Positions 18,001 through 32,335 of a DNA stretch of 64,000 nt are shown here, piece by piece. Made by a program: the position numbers and the translations under genes. The stretch spans positions 12,214,001 to 12,278,000 of the forward strand of contig OZ024740.1 of assembly GCA_964016885.1 (NCBI GenBank), read 5' to 3'. The notes beneath the pieces were generated by a model. It worked only from the letters and a program-made list of their open reading frames with translations, was not told the DNA's origin and did not search any database. Each line of letters starts with the position of its first letter. Position 1 is the first letter of the stretch. The DNA is from Eledone cirrhosa (Eukaryota).

Positions 18001-21000
18001 ACTCACTACTGCCACAACCACCAACACCACTGCCACCATCACCACAACCACTACCACTGACACCACTCACCACTGCCACAACCACCCACACCACTACCAC
18101 CATCACCACCACCACTGCCACTGACACCACTCACTACTGCCACAACTACCAACACCACTACCACCATCACCACAACCACTACCACTGACACCACTCACTA
18201 CTGCCACAACCACCCACACCACTACCACCATCACCACCACCACTGCCACTGACACCACTCACTACTGCCACAACTACCAACACCACTACCACCATCACCA
18301 CAACCACTACCACTGACACCACTCACTACTGCCACAACCACCAACACCACTACCACCATCACCACCACCACTGCCACTGACACCACTCACTACTGCCACA
18401 ACTACCAACACCACTACCACCATCACCACAACCACTACCACTGACACCACTCACTACTGCCACAACCACCAACACCACTGCCACCATCACCACAACCACT
18501 ACCACTGACACCACTCACCACTGCCACAACCACCCACACCACTACCACCATCACCACCACCACTGCCACTGACACCACTCACTACTGCCACAACCACCAA
18601 CACCACTACCACCATCACCACAACCACTACCACTGACACCACTCACTAGTGCCACAACCACCAACACCACTACCACCATCACCACAACCACTACCACTGA
18701 CACCACTCACCACTGCCACAACCACCCACACCACTACCACCATCACCACCACCACTGCCACTGACACCACTCACTACTGCCACAACCACCAACACCACTA
18801 CCACCATCACCACAACCACTACCACTGACACCACTCACTACTGCCACAACCACCAACACCACTGCCACCATCACCACCACCACTGCCACTGACACCACTC
18901 ACTACTGCCACAACCACCAACACCACTACCACCATCACCACCACCACTACCACTGACACCACTCACTACTGCCACAACCACCAACACCACTACCACCATC
19001 ACCACCACCACTACCACTGACACCACTCACTACTGCCACAACCACCAACACCACTGCCACCATCACCACCACCACTACCACTGACACCACTCACTACTGC
19101 CACAACCACCAACACCACTACCACCATCACCACCACCACTACCACTGACACCACTCACTACTGCCACAACCACCAACACCACTGCCACCATCACAACCAC
19201 CACTACCACTGACACCACTCACTACTGCCACAACCACCAACACCACTACCACCATCACCACCACCACTACCACTGACACCACTCACTACTGCCACAACCA
19301 CCAACACCACTGCCACCATCACCACCACCACTACCACTGACACCACTCACTACTGCCACAACCACCAACACCACTGCCACCATCACCACCACTACCACTG
19401 ACACCACTCACTACTGCCACAACCACCAACACCACTACCACCATCACCACCACCACTACCACTGACACCACTCACTACTGCCACAACCACCAACACCACT
19501 ACCACCATCACCACCACCACTACCACTGACACCACTCACTACTGCCACAACCACAACACCACTACCACCATCACCACCACCACTGACACCACTCACTACT
19601 GCCACAACCACCAACACCACTACCACCATCACCACCACCACTACCACTGACACCACTCACTACTACCACAACCACCAACAGCACTACCACCATCACCACC
19701 ACCACTACCACTGACACCACTCACTACTGCTACAACCACCAACACCACTGCCACCATCACCACCACCACTACCACTGACACCACTCACTACTACCACAAC
19801 CACCAACAGCACTACCACCATCACCACCACCACTACCACTGACACCACTCACTACTGCCACAACCACCAACACCACTACCACCATCACCACCACCACTAC
19901 CACTGACACCACTCACTACTGCCACAACCACCAACACCACTACCACCATCACCACCACCACTACCACTGACACCACTCACTACTGCCACAACCATCAACA
20001 CCACTACCACCATCACCACCACCACTGCCACTGACACCACTCACTACTGCCACAACCACCAACACCACTACCACCATCACCACCACCACTACCACTGACA
20101 CCACTCACTACTGCCACAACCACCAACACCACTACCACCATCACCACCACCACTACCACTGACACCACTCACTACTGCCACAACCATCAACACCACTACC
20201 ACCATCACCACCACCACTGCCACTGACACCACTCACTACTGCCACAACCACCAACACCACTACCACCATCACCACCACCACTACCACTGACACCACTCAC
20301 TACTGCCACAACCACCAACACCACTACCACCATCACCACCACCCCTACCACTGACACCACTCACTACTGCCACAACCACCAACACCACTACCACCATCAC
20401 CACCACCACTACCACTGACACCACTCACTACTGCCACAACCACCAACACCACTACCACCATCACCACCACCACTACCACTGACACCACTCACTACTGCCA
20501 CAACCACCAACACCACTGCCACCATCACCACAACCACTACCACTGACACCACTCACTACTGCCACAACCACCAACACCACTACCACCATCACCACCACCA
20601 CTACCACTGACACCACTCACTACTGCCACAACCATCAACACCACTACCACCATCACCACCACCACTGCCACTGACACCACTCACTACTACCACAACCACC
20701 AACACCACTACCACCATCACCACCACCACTACCACTGACACCACTCACTACTGCCACAACCATCAACACCACTACCACCATCACCACCACCACTGCCACT
20801 GACACCACTCACTACTGCCACAACCACCAACACCACTGCCACCATCACCACCACTACTGACACCACTCACTACTGCCACAACCACCAACACCACTACCAC
20901 CATCACCACCACCACTACCACTGACACCACTCACTACTGCCACAACCACCAACACCACTACCACCATCACCACCACCACTACCACTGACACCACTCACTA

Positions 21001-24000
21001 CTGCCACAACCACCAACACCACTACCACCATCACCACCACCACTACCACTGACACCACTCACTACTGCCACAACCACCAACACCACTGCCACCATCACCA
21101 CCACCACTACCACTGACACCACTCACTACTACCACAACCACCAACACCACTACCACCATCACCACCACCACTACCACTGACACCACTCACTACTGCCACA
21201 ACCACCAACACCACTGCCACCATCACCACCACCACTACCACTGACACCACTCACTACTGCCACAACCATCAACACCACCACCACCATCACCACCACCACT
21301 GCCACTGACACCACTCACTACTACCACAACCACCAACACCACTACCACCATCACCACCACCACTACCACTGACACCACTCACTACTGCCACAACCATCAA
21401 CACCACTACCACCATCACCACCACCACTGCCACTGACACCACTCACTACTGCCACAACCACCAACACCACTGCCACCATCACCACCACTACTGACACCAC
21501 TCACTACTAGCCACAACCACCAACACCACTACCACCATCACCACCACCACTACCACTGACACCACTCACTACTGCCACAACCACCAACACCACTACCACC
21601 ATCACCACCACCACTACCACTGACACCACTCACTACTGCCACAACCACCAACACCACTGCCACCATCACCACCACCACCATCACCACCACCACTACCACT
21701 GACACCACTCACTACTGCCACAACCACCAACACCACTGCCACCATCACCACCACCACTACCACTGACACCACTCACTACTACCACAACCACCAACACCAC
21801 TACCACCATCACCACCACCACTACCACTGACACCACTCACTACTGCCACAACCACCAACACCACTGCCACCATCACCACCACCACTGCCACTGACACCAC
21901 TCACTACTGCCACAACCACCAACACCACTGCCACCAGCACTGACACCACTCACTACTGCCACAACCACCAACACCACTACCACCATCACCACCACCACTA
22001 CCACTGACACCACTCACTACTGCCACAACCACCAACACCACTACCACCATCACCACCACCACTACCACTGACACCACTCACTACTGCCACAACCACCAAC
22101 ACCACTACCACCATCACCACCACCACTACCACTGACACCACTCACTACTGTCACAACCACCAACACCACTACCACCATCACCACCACCACTACCACTGAC
22201 ACCACTCACTACTGCCACAACCACCAACACCACTACCACCATCACCACCACCACTGCCACTGACACCACTCACTACTGCCACAACCACCAACACCACTAC
22301 CACCGTCACCACCACCACTGACACCACTCACTACTGTCACAACCACCAACACCACTACCACCATCACCACCACCACTACCACTGACATCACTCACTACTG
22401 CTACAACCACCAACACCACTACCACCATCACCATCACCACTGCCACTGACACCACTCACTACTGCCACAACCACCAACACCACTACCACCATCACCACCA
22501 CCACTGCCACTGACACCACTCACTACTGCCACAACCACCAGCACCACTACCACCACCACCACTACCACTGACACCACTCACTACTGCCACAACCACCAAC
22601 ACCACTACCACCGTCACCACCACCACTACCACTGACACCACTCACTACTGTCACAACCACCAACACCACTACCACCATCACCACCACCACTACCACTGAC
22701 ACCACTCACTACTGCCACAACCACCAACACCACTACCACCATCACCACCACCACTACCACTGACACCACTCACTACTGCCACAACCACCAACACCACTAC
22801 CACCACCACCACTACCACTGACACCACTCACTACTGCCACAACCACCAACACCACTACCACCATCACCACCACCACTGCCACTGACACCACTCACTACTG
22901 CCACAACCAGCAACACCACCGCCACTACCACTGACACCACCACCACTGCCACAACCACCAACACCAACACCACTACCACCATCACCACAACCACTACCAC
23001 TGACACCACTCACTACTGCCACAACCACCAACACCACTACCACCATCACCACCACCACTACCACTGACACCACTCACTACTGCCACAACCACCAACACCA
23101 CTACCACCATCACCACCACCACTGCCATTGACACCACTCACTACTGCCACAACCACCAACACCACTACCACCATCACCACCACCACTACCACTGACACCA
23201 CTCACTACTGCCACAACCACCAACAGCACTACCACCATCACCACCACCACTACAACTGACACCACTCACTACTGCCACAACTACAAACACCACTGCCACC
23301 ATCACCACCACCACTGACACCACTCACTACTGCCACAACCACCAACACCACTGCCACCATCACCACAACCACTACCACTGACACCACTCACTACTACCAC
23401 AACCACCAACACCACTACCACCATCACCACCACCACTACCACTGACACCACTCACTACTGCCACAACCACCAACACCACTACCACCATCACCACCACCAC
23501 TACCACTGACACCTCTCACTACTGCCACAACCACCAACACCACTACCACCACCACCACTACCACTGACACCACTCACTACTGCCACAACCACCAACACCA
23601 CTACCACCATCACCACAACCACTACCACTGACACCACTCACTACTGCCACAACTACCAACACCACTGCCACCATCACCACCACCACTACCACTGACACCA
23701 CTCACTACTGCCACAACCACCAACACCACTACCACCACCACCACTACCACTGACACCACTCACTACTGCCACAACCACCAACACCACTACCACCATCACC
23801 ACTCACTACTGCCACAAACACAAACACCACTGCCACCATCACCACCACCACTACCACTGACACCACTCACTACTGCCACAACCACCAACACCACTACCAC
23901 CATCACCACCACCACTACCACTGACACCACTCACTACTGCCACAACCACCAACACCACTGCCACCATCACCACCACCACTACCACTGACACCACTCACTA

Positions 24001-27000
24001 CTGCCACAACCACCAACACCACTGCCACCATCACCACCACCACTACCACTGACACCACTCACTACTGCCACAACCACCAACACCACTACCACCATCACCA
24101 CCACCACTACCACTGACACCACTCACTACTGCCACAACCACCAACACCACTGCCACCATCACCACCACCACTACCACTGACACCACTCACTACTGCCACA
24201 ACCACCAACACCATTGCCACCATCACCACCACCACTACCACTGACACCACTCACTACTGCCACAACTACCAACACCACTGCCGCCATCACCACCACCACT
24301 ACCACTGACACCACTCACTACTGCCACAACCACCAACACCACTGCCACCATCACCACCACCACTACCACTGACACCACTCACTACTGCCACAACTACCAA
24401 CACCACTACCACCATCACCACCACCACTACCACTGACACCACTCACTACTGCCACAACCACCAACACCACTACCACCATCACCACCACCACTACCACTGA
24501 CACCACTCACTACTGCCACAACCACCAACACCACTGCCACCATCACCACCACCACTACCACTGACACCACTCACTACTGCCACAACCACCAACACCACTG
24601 CCACCATCACCACCACCACTACCACTGACACCACTCACTACTGCCACAACTACCAACACCACTGCCGCCATCACCACCACCACTACCACTGACACCACTC
24701 ACTACTGCCACAACCACCAACACCACTGCCACCATCACCACCACCACTACCACTGACACCACTCACTACTGCCACAACCACCAACACCACTACCACCATC
24801 ACCACCACCACTACCACTGACACCACTCACTACTGCCACAAACACAAACACCACTGCCACCATCACCACCACTACTACCACTGACACCACTCACTACTGC
24901 CACAACCACCAACACCACTACCACCATCACCACCACCACTACCACTGACACCACTCACTACTGCCACAACCACCAACACCACTGCCACCATCACCACCAC
25001 TACTCCACTGACACCACTCACTACTGCCACAACCACCAACACCACTACCACCATCACCACCACCACTACCACTGCCACCACTCACTACTGCCACAACCAC
25101 CAACACCACTGCCACCATCACCACCACTACTACCACTGACACCACTCACTACTGCCACAACCACCAACACCAGTACCACCATCACCACCACCACTACCAC
25201 TGACACCACTCACTACTGCCACAACCACCAACACCACTGCCACCATCACCACCACCACTGCCACTGACACCACTCACTACTGCCACAACCACCAACACCA
25301 CTGCCACCAGCACTGACACCACTCACTACTGCCACAACCACCAACACCACTGCCACCATCACCACCACCACCACCACTGACACCACTCACTACTGCCACA
25401 ACCACCAACACCACTACCACCATCACCACAACCACTACCACTGACACCACTCACTACTGCCACAACCACCAACACCACTGCCACCATCACCACCACCACT
25501 ACCACTGACACCACTCTCTACTACCACAACCACCAACACCACTACCACCATCACCACAACCACTACCACTGACACCACTCACTACTGCCACAACCACCAA
25601 CACCACTGCCACCAGCACTGACACCACTCACTACTGCCACAACCACCAACACCACTACCACCATCACCACCACCACTACCACTGACACCACTCACTACTA
25701 CCACAACCACCAACACCACTACCACCATCACCACCACCACTACCACTGACACCACTCACTACTGCCACAACCACCAACACCACTGGCACCATCACCACCA
25801 CCACTACCACTGACACCACTCACCACTGCCACAACCACCAACACCGCTGCCACCATCACCACCACCACTACCACTGACACCACTCACTACTGCCACAACC
25901 ACCAACACCACTACCACCATCAACACCACCACTACCACTGACACCACTCACTACTGCCACGACCACCAACTCCACTACCACCATCACCACCACCACTACC
26001 ACTGACACCACTCACTACTGCCACAACCACCAACACCACTACCACCATCACTGACACCACTCACTACTGCCACAACCACCAACACCACTACCACCATCCC
26101 CACCACCACTACCACTGACACCACTCACTACTGCCACAACCACCAACACCACTGCCACCATCACCACCACCACTACCACTGACACCACTCACTACTGCCA
26201 CAACCACCAACACCACTGCCACCATCACCACCACCACTACCACTGACACCACTCACTACTGCCACAACCACCAACACCACTACCACCATCACCACCACCA
26301 CTACCACTGACACCACTCACTACTGCCACAACCACCAACACCACTACCACCATCACCACCACCACTGCCACTGACACCACTCACTACTGCCACAAACACA
26401 AACACCACTGCCACCATCACCACCACCACTACCACTGACACCACTCACTACTGCCACAACCACCAACACCACTACCACCATCACCACAACCACTACCACT
26501 GACACCACTCACTACTGCCACAACCACCAACAGCACTACCACCATCACCACCACCACTACCACTGACACCACTCACTACTGCCACAACCACCAACACCAC
26601 TGCCACCATCACCACCACTACTACCACTGACACCACTCACTACTGCCACAACCACCAACACCACTGCCACCATCACCACCACCACTACCACTGACACCAC
26701 TCACTACTGCCACAACCACCAACACCACTACCACCATCACCACCACCACTGCCACTGACACCACTCACTACTGCCACAACCACCAACACCACTACCACCA
26801 TCACCACAACCACTACCACTGACACCACTCACTACTGCCACAACCACCAACACCACTGCCACCATCACCACCACCACTACCACTGACACCACTCACTACT
26901 GCCACAACCACCAACACCACTGCCACCATCACCACCACCACTACCACTGACACCACTCACTACTGCCACAACCACCAACACCACTGCCACCATCACCACC

Positions 27001-29047
27001 ACCACTACCACTGACACCACTCACTACTGCCACAACCACCAACACCACTACCACCATCACCACCACCACTGCCACTGACACCACTCACTACTGCCACAAC
27101 CACCAACACCACTGCCACCATCACCACCACCACTACCACTGACACCACTCACTACTGCCACGACCACCACCACCACTACCACCATCTCCACCACCACTAC
27201 CACTGACACCACTCACTACTGCCACAAACACAAACACCACTGCCACCATCACCACCACTACTACCACTGACACCACTCACTACTGCCACAACAACCAACA
27301 CCACTGCCACCACCACCAACACCACTACCACCATCACCACCACCACTACCACTGACACCACTCACTACTGCCACAACCACCAACACCACTACCACCATCA
27401 CCACCACCACTACCACCATCTCCACCACCACTACCACTGACACCACTCACTACTGCCACAAACACAAACACCACTGCCACCATCACCACCACTACTACCA
27501 CTGACACCACTCACTACTGCCACAACAACCAACACCACTGCCACCACCACCAACACCACTACCACCATCACCACCACCACTACCACTGACACCACTCACT
27601 ACTGCCACAACCACCAACACCACTGCCACCATCACCACAACCACTACCACTGACACCACTCACTACTGCCACAACCACCAACACCACTACCACCATCACC
27701 ACCACCACTGACACCACTCACTACTGCCACACCACCCAACACCACTACCACCATCACCACCACCACTGACACCACTCACTACTGCCACAACCACCAACAC
27801 CACTGCCACCATCACCACAACCACTACCACTGACACCACTCACTACTGCCACAACCACCAACACCACTACCACCACCACCACCACCACTGACACCACTCA
27901 CTACTGCCACAACCACCAACACCACTACCACCATCACCACCACCACTGACACCACTCATTACTGCCACAACCACCAACACCACTACCACCACCACCACTA
28001 CCACTGACACCACTCACTACTGCCACAACCACCAACACCACTACCACCATCACCACCACCACTACCACCACCACCACCACCACTACCTCTGCCACCATCA
28101 CCACCACCACAACCACCAACACCACTACCACCACCACCACCACCACTACCACTGACACCACTCACTACTGCCACAACCACCAACACCACTACCACCATCA
28201 CCACTACCACCACCACCACTACCACTGCCACCATCACCACCACCACAACCACCAACACCACTACCACCACCACCACCACCTCTACCACTGACACCACTCA
28301 CTACTGCCACAACCACCAACACCACTACCACCATCACCACCACCACCACCACCACTACCACTGCCACCATCACCACCACCACAACCACCAACACCACTAC
28401 CACCACCACCACCACCTCTACCACTGACACCACTCACTACTGCCACAACCACCAACACCACTACCACCATCACCACCACCACTACCACTGCCACCATCAC
28501 CACCACCACAACCACCAACACCACTACCACCACCACCACCACCTCTACCACTGACACCACTCACTACTGCCACAACCACCAACACCACTACCACCATCAC
28601 CACCACCACTACCACTGCCACCATCACCACCACCACAACCACCAACACCACTACCACCACCACCACCACTACCACTGACACCACTCACTACTGCCACAAC
28701 TACCAACACCACTGCCACCATCACCACCACCACTACCACTGACACCACTCACTACTGCCACAACCACCAACACCACTACCACCATCACCACTGCCACTGA
28801 CACCACTACCACCACAACCACTACCACTGACACCACTCACTACTACGACAACCACCAACACCACTACCACCACCACCACTACCACTGACACCACTCACTA
28901 CTGCCACAACCACCAACACCACTACCACCACCACCACTGCCACTGACACCACTACCACCACCACCACTACCACTGACACCACTCACTACTGCCACTACCA
29001 CCATCACCACTACCACCATCACCACCACCACTACCACCATCACCACT
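1..29047. repeat. 64-bp CA-rich tandem satellite (runs off the left edge)
   Basis: Unit ctcactactgccacaaccaccaacaccactaccaccatcaccaccaccactaccactgacacca recurs with period 64 (positions 1, 65, ...). It is built from ~21/22-bp CCA-derived subunits, has 85-bp and shortened variants, and degenerates after ~27900. Confidence 0.98.
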
Positions 29048-29170
29048 GTGTGTGCGTGTGTGTACATATGTACATGTGCACACGCGTGCACACAGGTATA
29101 CACATGTGTATCTGCAGGTGCATACATGTACATACATACACATGCGTATGCACATGTATGTATGTGTGTG

Positions 29171-29205
<35 letters not shown>

Positions 29206-29306
29206 ATGTATATATGTGTGTTTGTGTGGTTCTCTGAGTGTATTTATATATGTGTGTATGTGTGCATATATGTGTATATATGTGTGTATGTGTGTGTGTG
29301 TGTATA

Positions 29307-29359
<53 letters not shown>

Positions 29360-29522
29360 GTATATATGTATGTGTGTACATGTATATGTGTATATGTGTG
29401 TATGTGTGTATATGTGCATATGTAGGTGTATGTATGTATGTGTGTGTATATGTATATGTATGTGTGTATGTGTGTACGTATATATGTGTATATATGTGTG
29501 TGTATATATATATATATGTATA

Positions 29523-29573
<51 letters not shown>

Positions 29574-29710
29574 ATATGTATGTGTATATATATGTGTGTG
29601 TATATGTATATATGTATGTATATGTATGTGTGTGTGTATATATATATATATGGATATATGTATGTGTGGGTGTATGTGGGTGCACACAAGTGTGTGAGTG
29701 AGTGTGTTTG
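29048..29710. repeat. Compound (TA)n/(TG)n/(TATG)n microsatellite
   Basis: Alternating purine-pyrimidine runs read directly. Confidence 0.95.
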
Positions 29711-30375
29711 TGAATGTGTCTGTTGATTTTTGGAATATAGTTGAATAGTTTAAGAGAAATTTGAAGATAATGGTATGATATTCACTCAATATTTTGAATT
29801 GGTCTATAGAATTCTCTAGGCCTTTGTCACTTAGTAGAACCTTAAAGAATTTAGCTTTTAAAGAATCTCCCTTTTCCTTAAATCCATCAGTTTGCTCTAA
29901 TCTAGACATTTTTGAATGTATTCTTGGCGCGATCACTTTGGAAAATTTATTGTCTAGATTAGAGCAAACTCCTGAAGAGTCCGGTGCTCGAGTTTCCGAA
30001 GTTATTGGAAATCTCAAAATGCGGACGAAACCATGGTCGAGGTAAATAAATGTATTCTCTTTTCTCCTAGTTTATTTTACACCTAATTCTGTTTAATTAA
30101 CTGTATATCTGGGCGATTACGCTGTCGAAATATTCGATAAATATTCCGTCGCAGCCGACGCGAAGGGCTAGTTTCGGTTATTTGTTGGAGATTTCTTCAT
30201 AGAAGCCTTATTCTTATAGCCTGGTCTATTCGATTTTTTATATGGTTGATTATGCTAATTGGGAGAGGAAATGGTATATATTTTATCTGGTGATTCTATA
30301 GACATGTTTTATGATATATAGTCTGATTATTTAATTTATTAACTTTTCATTGAGCCACAAAGTGACCCGTTGCAA
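29711..30375 (-). pseudogene. Decayed coding-like fragment of unknown repeat origin
   Basis: About 100 complex-sequence codons (RFPITSETRAPD...NYSTIFQKS) run into the microsatellite. Upstream reading is broken by stops. No recognisable motif. Confidence 0.25.
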
Positions 30376-30700
30376 AACACGTATATGTATATATGTATAT
30401 ATATATATATATGTAAACCTTTATATATATATATATATATATATATCCTGTGATTATTCATGTTTATTTATGTTAATCAATTTCTAGTTATTATATATAT
30501 ATATATATATTCCCTATTCCAACGGCTTAATTTAAATGTACTGGGGTTTAAACCTCTCGGACACTAATTTGCATAATAGACCAATAATAAAATTAGTAAC
30601 CCCACTATCCGGGAGCTTCCAACCAACATGGTCGCATTCTTTAAGGGTATGTCAATATTTGTTTATAAAACTGATCTATATTATATTATATTATATATTA

Positions 30701-30765
30701 TATTTTATCTGATGAAAGCGCACCATAATTTGCTTTGGTATCCTTGAAATATGTATAATGAAATA
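30701..30765 (+). ncRNA. Minimal type I hammerhead ribozyme motif in a PLE-like 3' fragment
   Basis: tattttat-CTGATGA-(aagcgcacca..tggtatcctt, imperfect stem II)-GAAA-tatgta-TA-atgaaata. Stem I has 8 bp including one G-U pair, and stem III is near-palindromic. Confidence 0.6.
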
Positions 30766-30895
30766 AATATGGTTTTATAAATATAGTTTCCATTTGTTAA
30801 TATATTGTATTTTTACTCCAATAATTTGTTGAGTGATTTATATCAGTTATAAAAATATTTGCTTGTTGTGTCCCAACAAATTAAATATAACTTCT

Positions 30896-30967
<72 letters not shown>

Positions 30968-30974
<7 letters not shown>

Positions 30975-31322
30975 TGTATTTGCATTTATGTGTGTATATA
31001 TATGCATATATATGTATGCAGGTAAACAGAAATAACAAAGTAAATGACACGGTACAATGAAGAAATATATTAGTTTTATGCTTCATATAGTAGGGAAAGG
31101 ATATTAACGTTTCGGACGCTAGTCCTTCATCAGAAAATAGAATGAGAAATTAAAGATGAAGAACTAGTGTCCGAGATGTTAAGAAAGTTTCACTACTATA
31201 TCAAGCATAAAACTAATATATTTCTTCATTGTATCATGTCGTTTGCTTTTTTATTTCTGTTTACCTGCATACATATATATATACATATATATACACACAT
31301 AAATGCAAATACAAACATATAT
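30968..31322. mobile_element. Short inverted-repeat element with a hammerhead motif in the spacer (PLE pLTR-like)
   Basis: Arms ~30968-31097 and ~31189-31322 are diverged reverse complements. The element is preceded by (TA)n. Confidence 0.65.
31100..31140 (-). ncRNA. Hammerhead ribozyme core (degenerate stem I)
   Basis: Minus strand reads CTGATGA-a-ggac-tagc-gtcc-GAAA-cgtta, with an AACGTT palindrome at stem III. Confidence 0.55.
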
Positions 31323-31560
31323 CCTAAACGGACGGTAGTCCGTTTAGTAATATTGTTGTGGTCGTGTTTTCGTTGGCAATCGTCTGTTTACTACAGTACA
31401 GCGCGGCTCTACCTTATTTAACTGAGATAAAACTTATATGAGCATGAACAGTAGATCATTACGCATCTTTTGGCTTAAAAATCTAGAAATTTGGTCCAGC
31501 GGGAAAAAGTTTATAATCAAAGTTTGCTGATAAATATTGTGTTCAAGTGAGTGAGTAGTA
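31320..31560 (+). mobile_element. Helentron/HINE(DINE-1)-like terminus
   Basis: Terminal hairpin ctaaacggac-ggta-gtccgtttag, followed by HINE-core-like phrases (gaaatttggtccagcgggaaaaagtttata). No matching far end was found. Confidence 0.35.
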
Positions 31561-31604
31561 AGCGTGACGCTAGGGGAGGTAATTACGAGTCTCTCTCTCT
31601 CTAC

Positions 31605-31728
31605 GGGGTCATCCAGAAATGACGAATTTTTTTCGGCGGAACTCTTGTGATTGTGATTACGTTAGTCAAATGTAGTCAAATCGCCGAATCCCCTCCTCCT
31701 AATTGACTACGTCATTTCTGAACGGCCC
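31605..31728. mobile_element. MITE with GGG termini and 3-bp TSD (Zator-like)
   Basis: TIRs ggggtcatccagaaatgacg / cgtcatttctgaacggccc, with tac directly on both sides. Confidence 0.65.
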
Positions 31729-32174
31729 TACTTGCGTCAGTGTGAAACATTAATTCACTTTTCACTGCTAAAATGCTTTTTAAATACTTCGTTAAAAATT
31801 TATGTTTATTATCAAAGCTATTTTTTGTACCAATCTATCAATAGTTTGCGAAAATATAGGTAAACATGTGAGTTAAATTTTTTTTAATCGCATCGATCGC
31901 TTTGTCGCACCGACTGTGACACTGTCTGACTGTCTGTCTGACTGACACCTTTGTCGGACCGACACCTTTGTTCAAGCGAACAACTTTGTGTCACTGACAC
32001 CTTTGTTCGTGCCGGCATCTCTGCGAAACACCGATGACAACAACCAGACCAAAATTTCACTTCATTCTTCATTCTTCTTCAAGACCGATCGCCGACCGAT
32101 CGTATCGGTTGCTCTTCATATACCAGGTATTCAACAGATAGTTTACACTTCTAGTATTATTAACAGTCGTGCGA

Positions 32175-32290
32175 TTTTTTGTACCGATAGGTGCGAATAG
32201 TGCGCTATATTTTTGTACCGATAGGTGCGAATAGTGCGCTATATTTTTGTATCAATAGGTGCGAATAGTGCGATAGGTGCGAATAGTGTA
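32175..32290. repeat. ~34-bp tandem repeat (3+ copies) upstream of the SGNH gene
   Basis: tttttgtaccgataggtgcgaatagtgcgctata repeated. Confidence 0.85.
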
Positions 32291-32335
32291 CAATATTTTC
32301 TGAGATTTGCATCCACTAATTTCGCTTAATTAAAA

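Noticed and set aside
876-28748. Many Thr/Pro/His- or Val/Gly-rich ORFs (mucin-like)
   Set aside because: These are translations of the 64-bp satellite. The period is not a multiple of 3 and stops recur every ~3 units.
28879-29726. YI/HT/VC-repeat ORFs up to 268 aa
   Set aside because: Dinucleotide microsatellite, open in nearly all frames.
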